Shown one piece after another: positions 39,921 through 49,403 of a DNA stretch of 64,000 nucleotides. Under the pieces are notes generated by a model, which was not told the origin of the DNA, searched no databases, and saw only the letters and a list, made by a program, of their open reading frames with translations. The position numbers and the translations under genes were made by a program. The DNA lies in NCBI GenBank assembly GCA_035285025.1, contig JAYKHY010000003.1:35533-99532 (forward strand), in the 5' to 3' direction. The DNA is from Vampirovibrionales bacterium. GTDB taxonomy: Bacteria; Cyanobacteriota; Vampirovibrionia; Vampirovibrionales; JAJTHC01. How positions within the stretch are numbered: position 1 is the stretch's first letter; the number at the start of each line of letters is the position of its first letter.

Positions 39921-42900
39921 TTAGGCAACTACCTTGACTAAATTACCCAAATGGGCCTCGAGTTTTTGTTTGAGGGATGCAATAGCGTCCTGGCTTACCC
40001 AGTAGCGTGCGTGGGGTTTGATTTTGGTCTGATCCGGCAGGAGAACAATCATGGGCGTCTGGCCGGTTTCGCCGTGGCTTTCGGCAAATAGCTTCTGGAC
40101 CATGGCCACCTGCTGGTAGGTGGGGATTTGCGTAAATTGCAGCGCTAAGGTTGCTGCAGGGGCAAGCGGCATAACGCGCTTGACCACAATACTAACCATA
40201 TCGGCATCGTCGCCCCTAAACTGAAGTGTGCCCGCAAGCCGAACCTTTTGCCCGCTCATCAGCATATCGTCGTATTGCCCCAGCGCCTCGCTAAAGGCAA
40301 CAAACTCGATGTTGCTGGTTAGATCTTCGAGTTTACCGACGCACAGGGGCTTGTTGTTTTTGCTGATTTTACGCTGAGCCTCGATGATTAACCCGCCAAC
40401 GACGACCTGGGCGCCATCTTTTAAATCGGGTAACTGCAGAATGCTATGACTGGTGAGCATGGGTAAAACGTCCAGCACGTCATCAAGCGGGTGGCTGGTC
40501 AGGTAAATTCCGAGCAGGGATTTTTCGAATTTCTGGATTTCTTCCGGGCGGTAATCATCATCGGGATTACCTGAAAGCACTAGCCCAGACAGGTGATGCA
40601 CGCCCGCCGATGCGTCATCGCCAGCGCCCGCGGCACCCAGTAAATCAAACAAGCTGGCTTGGCCGGTTTCTTGCTGTTGGCGCAATTGTTCGCCGTAGCG
40701 CGCCATGGTCTCGATGTTTTGCGCCAGATATTTGCGGTTGGGTTCAAAGGCGCTCAACGCCCCGCAGGCAATCAGGCTTTCGAGGGTTTTTTTGTTAAGC
40801 ACCTTGGGATCAACGCGTTTGATGAAGTCCTCGAGGTTGGCAAACGGGGCTTCGGCACGCGCCTGTAAAATGCTTTCGACCACGCCTGTGCCCACGTTTT
40901 TTATGCTACCAAGGCCGAATCTTATGGCTTTAGTGTTGGGTTGATCAGCTCCGTTGAAAGCTTTCTCTTCGGGGTCCGTTCCCTCCCCCGAACCCATTGC
41001 ATGCATTGGAGGCCCTTCACTGGGCGAAAAATCCAGTTCGGATTGCGTGACATCCGGCGGTAAGACCTGAATGCCCAACTGCTTGGCAACGTTGATGTAA
41101 AGCTGAATCTTGTCCAAATCGCTACTGACGCTGCTGAGCAGCGCCGATAAGTAAGCAACCGGATGATGCGCCTTTAAATAGGCCGTTTGGTATGCTACCA
41201 GCGCGTACGCTGCCGAGTGCGAACGGTTAAAACAGTACGCCGCAAACTCGGTCATCGTATCAAACAGCGTGTTAGCCAAGGTTTCATCGACGCCGTTCTT
41301 GATTGCGCCCGCCAAAAAGCCGTCGCGCTCCTTGGCCATTACCTCGGCCTTTTTCTTACCCATCGCACGGCGCAGTAAATCTGCTTGCCCCAACGAATAG
41401 CCCGCCAGGTGTTGCGCAACTTGCATGATCTGCTCTTGATACACAATCGTGCCGTAGGTTGCGCTTAAAATCGGCTCCAGCGCCGGGTGATCGTAGCGCA
41501 CTTGCTCGCGCCCGTGCTTACGATCAACAAACTGCTTGACCATGCCCGAATTAAGCGGCCCCGGCCTGAACAGCGCCACCAGCGCGTTAATATCTTCGAA
41601 CACGTTGGGCTTTAAATCGCGCACCAGCGCCTTCATCCCGCCGGATTCGAGCTGAAACACGCCGTCCGTATCGGCCCGCGTGAGCATCTGATATACGGCG
41701 GCATCATCCAGCGGCAGTTTATCCATGTTGGGCGGAGGGGTGCCCGATTTTTGAACCAGATTAAGGGTGTTATGGATAATCGTGAGGTTGCGCAGGCCTA
41801 AAAAATCCATTTTAAGCAGGCCAAGCTGTTCCAGGTCGCCCATTGTCATCTGACTGACAATACCGCCCTCTTTGCTGCCGCCCTCTTTGGCGCGTTGCAG
41901 CGGAATAATGGTTGAAAGGGGATCTTTGGAAATCACCACGCCGGCGGCGTGCACGCCCACGTTAAACGTGAGGCCTTCGACGCCCAGCGCCAAATCCACA
42001 ATCTCGCGGACTTGCTCATCGCCATCGTAAAGTGCTTTGAGGGGCTGGCCTTTTTCGAGCGCATCGTTCAGCTTGGTACCGGGCGTCGCCGGAATCAGCT
42101 TGGCCCATTTGTCGCTGTCGGCGTAGGGGATTTCCCGGACTCGCGCGACGGCTTTAAGCGCGGCCCGGGCCGCAAGCGTACCAAAGGTCGCAATCTGGCA
42201 CACGCGCTCGCTACCGTATTTTTCTCGTACGTACTGGATGACCTCCTCACGGCGATCGATGCAAAAGTCGATATCAATATCAGGCATCGAGACGCGCTCT
42301 GGGTTTAGAAAGCGCTCGAACAGCAAATTATGCTCAATCGGGTCGATGTTGGTAATACCCAGAACAAAGGCCACCAGGCTACCCGCCGCCGAACCCCGCC
42401 CAGGGCCAACGGGAATGCCGTTTTTACGCGCGTAATCAATAAAATCCCAGACGATTAAAAAATACGTCGGGAAGCCCATCTGGTTAATAATGCCTAGCTC
42501 AAAGTCCAGACGGTCTTGGACGGCTTTAAGCAGCGCCGCGCTCGCCCCGTCGTATTTTTGGCGCGCCAACTGCTCGGCAATTTGTTTGAGATACCCCGCA
42601 GCGGTTTCGCCGGCGGGCAGAGGATAATCTGGGAGCAACGTTTGTCCTAAGGGTAGTTCTAGTTTGCACAATTCGGCTACGTCAAGCGTCGCATCCAGGG
42701 CCCGGTTCACGCGGTCGGCGTCGTTTAAAAATCCAAACTGATCGAACAGTTCGCCGCGTGATTTAAGGTAAAACTCGGGGCCGTAGTTGTTGGGGCGCTG
42801 CATAAACTCGGCCATGGTTTTGCCCTGCTGCAGGCATTGCAAAATATCGTGCGCCTGAGTATGTTCTGGTGCAGTAAAATGGCTGTCATTGGTAATCACC

Positions 42901-43517
42901 TGCCGCAGGCTAAGCCTATCCGCAATCTCAATCGCGCTTTGCGTGTATAGGCGCTCGGCATCGCGGCCATGGTCCTGAAGCTCGATAAACAGTCGTTCGG
43001 CTGAGAATACTGTTTTAAGCCGCGCGGCGCGCTCAAAGGCAACGTCTGGCTGTGCGCGCAATACAGCGTGGGCCAACGGGCCGTGCAAGCCGCTGGTGAG
43101 GCACACCAGCCCTTCGGCGTGATTTTCGAGCAAGTCCCAGTTAATGCGCGGACGGTAATAAAAGCCTTCCAGATGCGCCGTTGTGAGCAATTGGCACAGG
43201 TTACGCCAGCCCGTCATATTTTGCGCGAGCAGCACAATATCGTATGTATCGCGGCGCGTTTTTTTGTCGGTAATATCGCCTTCGATGAGCGCAATCGTGG
43301 TGCCCAGAATCGGCTGTATGCCGGCGGCTTTAGCTTTGGTGTAATGCGAAACGGCGCCGTAGAGATTACCTTTATCGGTAATGGCTACAGCGGGCCACTG
43401 ATGGGTTTGGGCGGTTTTAATGAGTTGATCGAGCTTCGTGGCCCCTTCTAGCACACTATATTGCGTGTTAACGTGCAGCGGGACAAACGCTTGCGAAGCA
43501 GAAGATGAGGCAGCCAT
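39921..43517 (-). CDS. dnaE: DNA polymerase III alpha subunit (single chain, no intein)
   Basis: Motifs FVPLH…YS.L, GPGRGSAAGSLV, FERFLNPER.SMPDIDIDF, HAAGVVIS, KMDFLGL and YQEQIM. Confidence 0.99.
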   Translation of the reverse strand: MAASSSASQAFVPLHVNTQYSVLEGATKLDQLIKTAQTHQWPAVAITDKGNLYGAVSHYTKAKAAGIQPILGTTIALIEGDITDKKTRRDTYDIVLLAQNMTGWRNLCQLLTTAHLEGFYYRPRINWDLLENHAEGLVCLTSGLHGPLAHAVLRAQPDVAFERAARLKTVFSAERLFIELQDHGRDAERLYTQSAIEIADRLSLRQVITNDSHFTAPEHTQAHDILQCLQQGKTMAEFMQRPNNYGPEFYLKSRGELFDQFGFLNDADRVNRALDATLDVAELCKLELPLGQTLLPDYPLPAGETAAGYLKQIAEQLARQKYDGASAALLKAVQDRLDFELGIINQMGFPTYFLIVWDFIDYARKNGIPVGPGRGSAAGSLVAFVLGITNIDPIEHNLLFERFLNPERVSMPDIDIDFCIDRREEVIQYVREKYGSERVCQIATFGTLAARAALKAVARVREIPYADSDKWAKLIPATPGTKLNDALEKGQPLKALYDGDEQVREIVDLALGVEGLTFNVGVHAAGVVISKDPLSTIIPLQRAKEGGSKEGGIVSQMTMGDLEQLGLLKMDFLGLRNLTIIHNTLNLVQKSGTPPPNMDKLPLDDAAVYQMLTRADTDGVFQLESGGMKALVRDLKPNVFEDINALVALFRPGPLNSGMVKQFVDRKHGREQVRYDHPALEPILSATYGTIVYQEQIMQVAQHLAGYSLGQADLLRRAMGKKKAEVMAKERDGFLAGAIKNGVDETLANTLFDTMTEFAAYCFNRSHSAAYALVAYQTAYLKAHHPVAYLSALLSSVSSDLDKIQLYINVAKQLGIQVLPPDVTQSELDFSPSEGPPMHAMGSGEGTDPEEKAFNGADQPNTKAIRFGLGSIKNVGTGVVESILQARAEAPFANLEDFIKRVDPKVLNKKTLESLIACGALSAFEPNRKYLAQNIETMARYGEQLRQQQETGQASLFDLLGAAGAGDDASAGVHHLSGLVLSGNPDDDYRPEEIQKFEKSLLGIYLTSHPLDDVLDVLPMLTSHSILQLPDLKDGAQVVVGGLIIEAQRKISKNNKPLCVGKLEDLTSNIEFVAFSEALGQYDDMLMSGQKVRLAGTLQFRGDDADMVSIVVKRVMPLAPAATLALQFTQIPTYQQVAMVQKLFAESHGETGQTPMIVLLPDQTKIKPHARYWVSQDAIASLKQKLEAHLGNLVKVVA

Positions 43518-43804
43518 AGCTCTATTTCAACAAAGGCAAGCCTCGGGGGCAACGTTTAGGTTTTGTAACACTTAAAACGCTACACCTGTAAGGGTTATAG
43601 CTTTCTTAAACGCATGTTTAACTTTCGTATTTGACATCGACGACCCATGCGCGCTAGGGTTTATAAGTGAACAGACAGTTAGTTTAGTAGAGAAACTTTG
43701 GTAAATAAAAATAATTGGTAGATAAAGAAAAGTTGATAAAAAATAGTTGGTTGGATTCAAATTGCTTTCAGCATGCTTTGCACTAACAAACGTTAAAGCG
43801 GTTA

Positions 43805-43830
43805 TATATGCCGTTATTGAACGGCATATA
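43805..43830. promoter_or_regulatory. Perfect 11-bp inverted repeat, candidate operator
   Basis: TATATGCCGTT-ATTG-AACGGCATATA, about 60 bp upstream of ATG 43892. Confidence 0.45.
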
Positions 43831-43891
43831 CTATAAAAGCACACAGCAGTTGAGCATACGCATACATTACTTAAAAAGGAGTATAACGACG

Positions 43892-44221
43892 ATGACAATT
43901 TCTCGAACCGGTTTAACATCCTACAAGCCCACGCCAGGATCCAATGTAGCTGCATTGTTTCAAAAACCTCAGCAACGCCATACTTTTAGTTTGACACCTA
44001 GTGCCGCCCCTAAGCATGTTTTCCGCTCGGAAGATAATAAGCCATCTGATGCTAAAAGTGACGATTCCCAGAAAGAAACACCCTGGGCAGAAAAAACTTT
44101 GACAGAAAAAGTTATTACTGTTATAGCCGGTGCATTAAGTGCAGCAGGCGGCGATGGTGGAGCGTTCAGCTCAAAAAAAATTACACCTAAAAAAGACTCG
44201 CTGATCAGAATTGAGGCTTAA
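43892..44221 (+). CDS. Hypothetical protein (109 aa) with acid-free N-terminal leader
   Basis: AAGGAG RBS before ATG 43892. AT-rich. Followed by a terminator hairpin. Confidence 0.75.
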   Translation: MTISRTGLTSYKPTPGSNVAALFQKPQQRHTFSLTPSAAPKHVFRSEDNKPSDAKSDDSQKETPWAEKTLTEKVITVIAGALSAAGGDGGAFSSKKITPKKDSLIRIEA

Positions 44222-44248
44222 ATTTTTAATAGTTCTTATTATTTGTCT

Positions 44249-44280
44249 GCGCCAGCCCCTAAGGGCTGGCGCTTGGTTTT
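44249..44280 (+). terminator. Intrinsic terminator
   Basis: GCGCCAGCCC-CTAA-GGGCTGGCGC followed by TTGGTTTT. Confidence 0.75.
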
Positions 44281-44358
44281 GCGTGCGTTTGGATTGGCCT
44301 AAATTTTAAACTAATCTGACTTTTTAGATTAGCCTGACTTTAAAGTAAACTAGCGGCT

Positions 44359-45240
44359 ATGACTGCCCCCTTGACCTTGCCCCTAACGCTCATAGACACC
44401 CACTGCCACCTGGATTACATCGTGGATGGCTTGCTCAAGGTGGATAAACCCACGCCCGGCCCTACCGATGCCGACAGCGTCCTTGCCCGCGCCGCAGCAG
44501 CCGGCGTGCATCATCTGATAAACCCTGGCACCGAACCGGCCCGCTTTGCGCGCATTGTCCAGCTTGCCGAGCAGTACCCCAAACAGGTGTCGTTTGCGCT
44601 CGCCATTCATCCCACCGATGTGCAAGCCGTTAACGGCTTGACACCCGAAACCGCCGAGGCGCGGATTAGCGAGCTGCTTGCGCCATTTTTGCAGCATCCG
44701 CAGCTTGTGGCTTTGGGCGAAACCGGGCTGGATTATTACCATAACGATGCGCCCGATTTAAAAACGCTTCAGCAAGCCTGTTTTAGCGCGTTTTTAAAAC
44801 TTGGGCAAGTGCATCAGCTTCCGGTAATTATCCACGATCGCGAAGCGCACGAAGACGTGGCTAAAATGGTGGATGAAACACTGGGGCCGTATCAGGTCGG
44901 CGAACGCCTGAGAGGCGTTATGCATTGTTTTAGCGGCGACGCCGCGTTTGCGCAAACCATGGTGGCGCGCGGATTTTTAATTAGTTTTGCGGGCAACACC
45001 ACGTTTAAAAAAGCGCAACCGTTACGAGACGCGGCGCGCGCGCTGGCGTTGGAATCGATACTGGTTGAGACTGACGCGCCGTTTTTAAGCCCCGAGCCTT
45101 ACCGCGGGCAACTGAACGAACCGGGCCGCACACGGCAGACGGCACAGGTTTTAGCCGACGACAGACAAATCTCGCTTGAGGCACTCGCGGCCGCCACCAC
45201 GCAAAACGCCCGAAGATTGTTCACCCGGCTATTTTTTTGA
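44359..45240 (+). CDS. tatD: TatD-family hydrolase/DNase
   Basis: Motifs IDTHCHL, IHP, GETGLDYY, PVIIHDREA, GVMHCFSG and ETDAPFL.P. Confidence 0.95.
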   Translation: MTAPLTLPLTLIDTHCHLDYIVDGLLKVDKPTPGPTDADSVLARAAAAGVHHLINPGTEPARFARIVQLAEQYPKQVSFALAIHPTDVQAVNGLTPETAEARISELLAPFLQHPQLVALGETGLDYYHNDAPDLKTLQQACFSAFLKLGQVHQLPVIIHDREAHEDVAKMVDETLGPYQVGERLRGVMHCFSGDAAFAQTMVARGFLISFAGNTTFKKAQPLRDAARALALESILVETDAPFLSPEPYRGQLNEPGRTRQTAQVLADDRQISLEALAAATTQNARRLFTRLFF

Positions 45241-45312
45241 ATTTTTCAAAGTAAGTGGCCATGACCAGAGACTCCAGCAAGATCTTAGCCAAAGAAGGTG
45301 CGCCAGAGCGCG

Positions 45313-46032
45313 TTAAGGTAACGAATAAAGACGTGTTTTGGTCTGATCAGAAACAATCTGGCCATCGAGCAGGCTAATGATGCGATCCGTTTTTTCAGAC
45401 AGGGCCTGCTCGTGAGTCACAATCACAAACGTTACACGGTCACTCTGGTGGATTTCCCGCATCAACTCATACACGGCCAGGCTGGTCTGGGAATCCAGGG
45501 CACCGGTGGGTTCATCTGCAAACACAATTTTAGGCTTGTTAACTAGGGCCCGAGCAATCGCGACCCGCTGATTTTGCCCGCCAGACAGTTCAAACGGCTT
45601 GTGATGCATGCGATCGCCCAGCCCAATGCGCTCCAGTAGGGTTTTGGCATGCGCGCGTGCGGCAGGGGTGTATGTTTTACCAATGTGCAGGGGCATCAAC
45701 ACGTTTTCAAGCGCTGTGAACTCTGGCATTAGCATGTGCGCCTGAAAAATAAACCCCATTTGCCGATTACGAAACCGAGAGCGCTGCCGCTCGGACCAGT
45801 GGACGGTGTCTTCTCCAAAATAGCGCATTATGCCGCGGGTGGGGGTATCCAGCAGGCCCATCATGTTCATCAGCGTGCTTTTGCCCGAGCCACTGGGGCC
45901 AATGATACTGAGAAACTCCCCTTGCTGGATAGAAAAAGAGACTTCTTTCAGGGCGTATACGGGCTCAATCTGGCCATAAACCTTTTGCAGCCCTTCAGCC
46001 TGAAATAACAGTTGCTCTTGGGGTACGCTCAT
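45313..46032 (-). CDS. ABC transporter ATP-binding protein (LolD/MacB-like)
   Basis: Motifs GPSGSGKST, LSGGQNQRVAIARAL and ADEPTGALD. Confidence 0.95.
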   Translation of the reverse strand: MSVPQEQLLFQAEGLQKVYGQIEPVYALKEVSFSIQQGEFLSIIGPSGSGKSTLMNMMGLLDTPTRGIMRYFGEDTVHWSERQRSRFRNRQMGFIFQAHMLMPEFTALENVLMPLHIGKTYTPAARAHAKTLLERIGLGDRMHHKPFELSGGQNQRVAIARALVNKPKIVFADEPTGALDSQTSLAVYELMREIHQSDRVTFVIVTHEQALSEKTDRIISLLDGQIVSDQTKTRLYSLP

Positions 46033-47297
46033 GGCTGATTCATGGCCTTGACAGGGTCCAGCCGACTGGCGTACCAGGCAGGGAACAGGCTCGCTAAAAA
46101 ACTGCTAATCATGGCATAGACGAAGGCTAAAACGGTGTATTCCCCGTTAATCACTGTGGGCGGGCGCTCAATGCCCAGCACCGTGGCCCCCTGACTCAAG
46201 GGGGATGCGTTGTAAAGCATAATCAGGCCAAGCGCGCCAAAAAACCCGGCAATGCAGCCAAAGACGCTTAAACAGAGCCCCTGAGAAATGAACAATCGCA
46301 TGATTGCCCCGGGCGATAGCCCCATCGCCTTCAGAATGCCGATTTCTCGAGATTTAGCCGCGACCATCATCACCAGAATACTGGTAATACTGGTGGCGGC
46401 TGCAAACACAATCAGAAAGTTAATAATGCCCACGATGACCCGAAAATTCTGAATCTGATCCAGAAACACCTTGCTTTCTAACATCCAGCTTTTGGCCTTA
46501 AGCCGATACGCCTGTGCCAGCGTTTGGGCCACGGTGTCGGCCGCATAAATATCGTCTATTTTCAGGCCAATGTCGGTGACGGTGTTTTCTAGTTGCAGCA
46601 GCTTTTGGGCTGATTTTAATGGCATATACAGCAACGAGAGATCGGCGGTGGCCATCCCGGTCTGGATGAGGCCTGCGACTCTAAAGCTGCGTTGGCCATA
46701 GGCGGTGACGATCTTTACGCGACTGCCAGGGTCGACATCCAGCTCGTCGGCGAGCTCTCGGCCTAAAAAGACATCTTGCGGGCCCATTTTATTGAACTGG
46801 CCGGCAATCACATGCTCGTTAATGCGCGCAATGCGATCTTCTCGTTCGGGCAAGACGCCCTGAAGCCCGGCCGAGCGACTTTGACTGCCGTGGACGATAA
46901 TCACCTGCTCTCGAATCGTGGGGGAAACGATGGTGACCCCTGGAAAGGCTTCCAGTTTGTTTATCAGCGGACGATAGGCCTGAATCGTGCGGCGTCGTTT
47001 TTGGGTCTGGTCCGAAAAAATCAGCCGAGGTTGGGATACCGTTTTTTTAAATGCTTTAAAGTGCGCCTGCAAGAGGGCTTTATCTTGCGGCATCGTTTCC
47101 AGTTCTCGAGTCAGTTTGATATGCGGATTGGTTTCGACCGTTTTGATAAGCAGGTAATTAAAAAAGCCGATGTTTAGTGAGGGAATAAAAATCGTCAGCG
47201 CGACCCCAATGCCCACGGCGAGCATAATAATCAACGATTGCCGAAGATTGGCCTTCACATAGCGTGCGGCAATGGCGTATTCAATTGGAATCGTCAT
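46029..47297 (-). CDS. ABC transporter permease (FtsX/LolE-like)
   Basis: TM1, large periplasmic domain, K.REIGILKAMG, and PAW.ASRLDPV.A tail. Confidence 0.93.
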   Translation of the reverse strand: MTIPIEYAIAARYVKANLRQSLIIMLAVGIGVALTIFIPSLNIGFFNYLLIKTVETNPHIKLTRELETMPQDKALLQAHFKAFKKTVSQPRLIFSDQTQKRRRTIQAYRPLINKLEAFPGVTIVSPTIREQVIIVHGSQSRSAGLQGVLPEREDRIARINEHVIAGQFNKMGPQDVFLGRELADELDVDPGSRVKIVTAYGQRSFRVAGLIQTGMATADLSLLYMPLKSAQKLLQLENTVTDIGLKIDDIYAADTVAQTLAQAYRLKAKSWMLESKVFLDQIQNFRVIVGIINFLIVFAAATSITSILVMMVAAKSREIGILKAMGLSPGAIMRLFISQGLCLSVFGCIAGFFGALGLIMLYNASPLSQGATVLGIERPPTVINGEYTVLAFVYAMISSFLASLFPAWYASRLDPVKAMNQP

Positions 47298-47311
47298 GCT
47301 TTTTGCCCTAC

Positions 47312-48670
47312 TTAAGGCGATTGAATGGGATGAACGCGCTTTTTATCCAGCAGAGTCACGTTGGCCACCGTCGCCACCCATTCTCCCGCCTGGAGCCCTG
47401 AGGTAACCTGCACCGACGTGGTGGACAGAGGCTTAATCGTTACGGCTTGCTGCTGCAAATGATTGCCCTTAAACACCAAAACGCTGCTCGATGCTTCAGA
47501 GGCGCCCTGCGGGCCTTGACCTTTCAAAATCGCCGTACTGGGCAAAACCAATGCCTGCTTTAACCGCGCGGTGACGATGTTGACATCAGCCGTCATCCCC
47601 GGCAGCAACTGGAGGGTTTTTAGTCCGGCCAAAGCCTGCGGCTGCAGGCGCACCCGCACCGTAACGGTCCCGTTTTCTGGATTCACCTGGCTGCCCACGC
47701 GCGTGATCCGCCCTGGCAGCAGGCGATCGGGCAGGGCATCCAGCACCACATGGGCAACCTGGCCAACCTGTAATTGTCGCAAATCACTTTCTTCCACATC
47801 GCACAAAATTTCGAGCGTGGCTGGGTCAATGGCCGTCAAGACGGCTTCGCCTGGCTGCACCAGATTGCCTGGCTCTTGTAAGCGTTGCGTGATGACCCCA
47901 TTGAGGTTGCTCAAAATTTGATAATCTTGCTGCTTGAATCGGGTGGCGTCCGCAAACGCATGCGAGGCCTGCGTCGCCGCGGCCGACTGTGCTAGCTGGG
48001 CGGCGGTTCGTCCCGCTTGGGCTTCCTGATATTGTGCGTCGATTTGATTAAGTAGTTGACGGCTTCCGCGCACATCTGCCTCGAATCGGGCCACGACTTG
48101 CTCGGCTAAATCGGCTTGAAGTTTAACGTTGTCATACTCTTTTTCGCTAATCAGGTCGTCTTGGCGCAGCTGTAAAAACCGGTTGGCGTTTCGTTTGGCC
48201 TCTGCGGCGCGGAGTTTGGCTTCAGATAGGGCCAATTGAGCCTGCTGAAGGCGCTGTTGGGCTTCTCGTTGACGCGATTGCCACAATTGCAACTGCTCTG
48301 GGCGTGTCCCTTGGCGAGCCTCTCGTTCTGCCGCTTGAGCTTGTTTGGCCAAGGCTTGCGCCTGCTGAAACTGGGCGTTTACTTGAGCAGGGTCCAACTG
48401 GGCGAGCAGCTGGCCGGGGACGATACGGTCCCCTTCTTCCACCAGCACCGCCGTGAGACGCCCCGTGGTGGGCACGCCAAACGCGACGTTCGATGCGGCG
48501 TGGACTTCGCCCGTAACAGTCAGTGTTGCCACAACCGATTCGGGCTTGACCTGAATAGCCGATACCCGTTCAGATTGATTGAGTTCTAGCCAGAACCCCA
48601 CCCCTGCCAGAATCAACAATACCCCACCAGCCAGTAGCCAGTTTAATAGCCTGGATTTTTTTGTGGACAT
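47312..48670 (-). CDS. Efflux periplasmic adaptor (MFP) subunit
   Basis: N-terminal TM, V.VEEGD.I.PGQLLAQLD, coiled coil, L.PGMTADV.I and GL.AGE.V. Confidence 0.92.
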   Translation of the reverse strand: MSTKKSRLLNWLLAGGVLLILAGVGFWLELNQSERVSAIQVKPESVVATLTVTGEVHAASNVAFGVPTTGRLTAVLVEEGDRIVPGQLLAQLDPAQVNAQFQQAQALAKQAQAAEREARQGTRPEQLQLWQSRQREAQQRLQQAQLALSEAKLRAAEAKRNANRFLQLRQDDLISEKEYDNVKLQADLAEQVVARFEADVRGSRQLLNQIDAQYQEAQAGRTAAQLAQSAAATQASHAFADATRFKQQDYQILSNLNGVITQRLQEPGNLVQPGEAVLTAIDPATLEILCDVEESDLRQLQVGQVAHVVLDALPDRLLPGRITRVGSQVNPENGTVTVRVRLQPQALAGLKTLQLLPGMTADVNIVTARLKQALVLPSTAILKGQGPQGASEASSSVLVFKGNHLQQQAVTIKPLSTTSVQVTSGLQAGEWVATVANVTLLDKKRVHPIQSP

Positions 48671-48809
48671 GACGATAAGTATAGATCAAACGCAGGTAAG
48701 CTTTATGAAAAAAATGGAAATCCCTAAAGAGACTGAGGAGGACGCCTAAAGCGTACTACTTAAGCTGAGGGCCAATCCGGAAAATCTATAAATCTGGAAA
48801 TAATATAAG

Positions 48810-48839
48810 CAAAAGCTCTCTGTAAACAGAGAGCTTTTG
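48810..48839. repeat. Perfect 14-bp inverted repeat
   Basis: CAAAAGCTCTCTGT-AA-ACAGAGAGCTTTTG. Confidence 0.85.
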
Positions 48840-48865
48840 AGAGAGAGACCAGAGCAATAGCAATC

Positions 48866-49270
48866 AGATTTTGAGATTAAAGGATGCTTATTATAAGTAA
48901 AGCTTTCGCGGTTAATTCCAGCACCAAAAGAACTTGTACGTTCGCCCAAATGCGACCGTAACTGCTTTGAAGCATTGATTTTTCTGCTTTGCACAGGGAG
49001 ACAGTACGAAGCACATCCGTCGAGTTGCCTACCCATAAGTACTGCTCAAGATGCATTAAAGCGCTGTACTGAACGCGGTATTCTTAAAAAAATGTGGGCC
49101 ACGCTGCTTGAAAAACTGCACGACACAAAAGGACTTGCCTCTGCAAGGCTAAGTGCAGAAGGATGCGTGACTTAAATCCCTCTGGCACAGGAGGGTGGAG
49201 GCAAAAAATTCAAGAGACCGAACGAAAGCAGTCACAAAAAAGCATCTGTTGTTGGCATGTATAGAGAATT
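48866..49270 (+). pseudogene. Decayed IS5-family transposase fragment
   Basis: LIP…DR.CFEALIFLL.TG.QY…P…STA…L.R..E.G.LKK.W..LLE, then EG.VT*.PLAQE, resembles the DUF4096 N-terminus of IS5 transposases. In-frame stops, no DDE core. Confidence 0.7.
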
Positions 49271-49403
49271 ATTTTGAGACGAACTCCATGTCAGTATGAT
49301 GGCGCTTTTTATTGAATTTACTTTGCGCTGACAGAAGCGACAAATAGATCGTATAGTATACAGCCACCCAAGCAACAGTTTTCTAGCTGTACCCAAAATT
49401 CGT

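Noticed and set aside
39921-43517. Intein in dnaE
   Set aside because: Length is normal and the site reads continuously. No C1…HN/C intein motifs.
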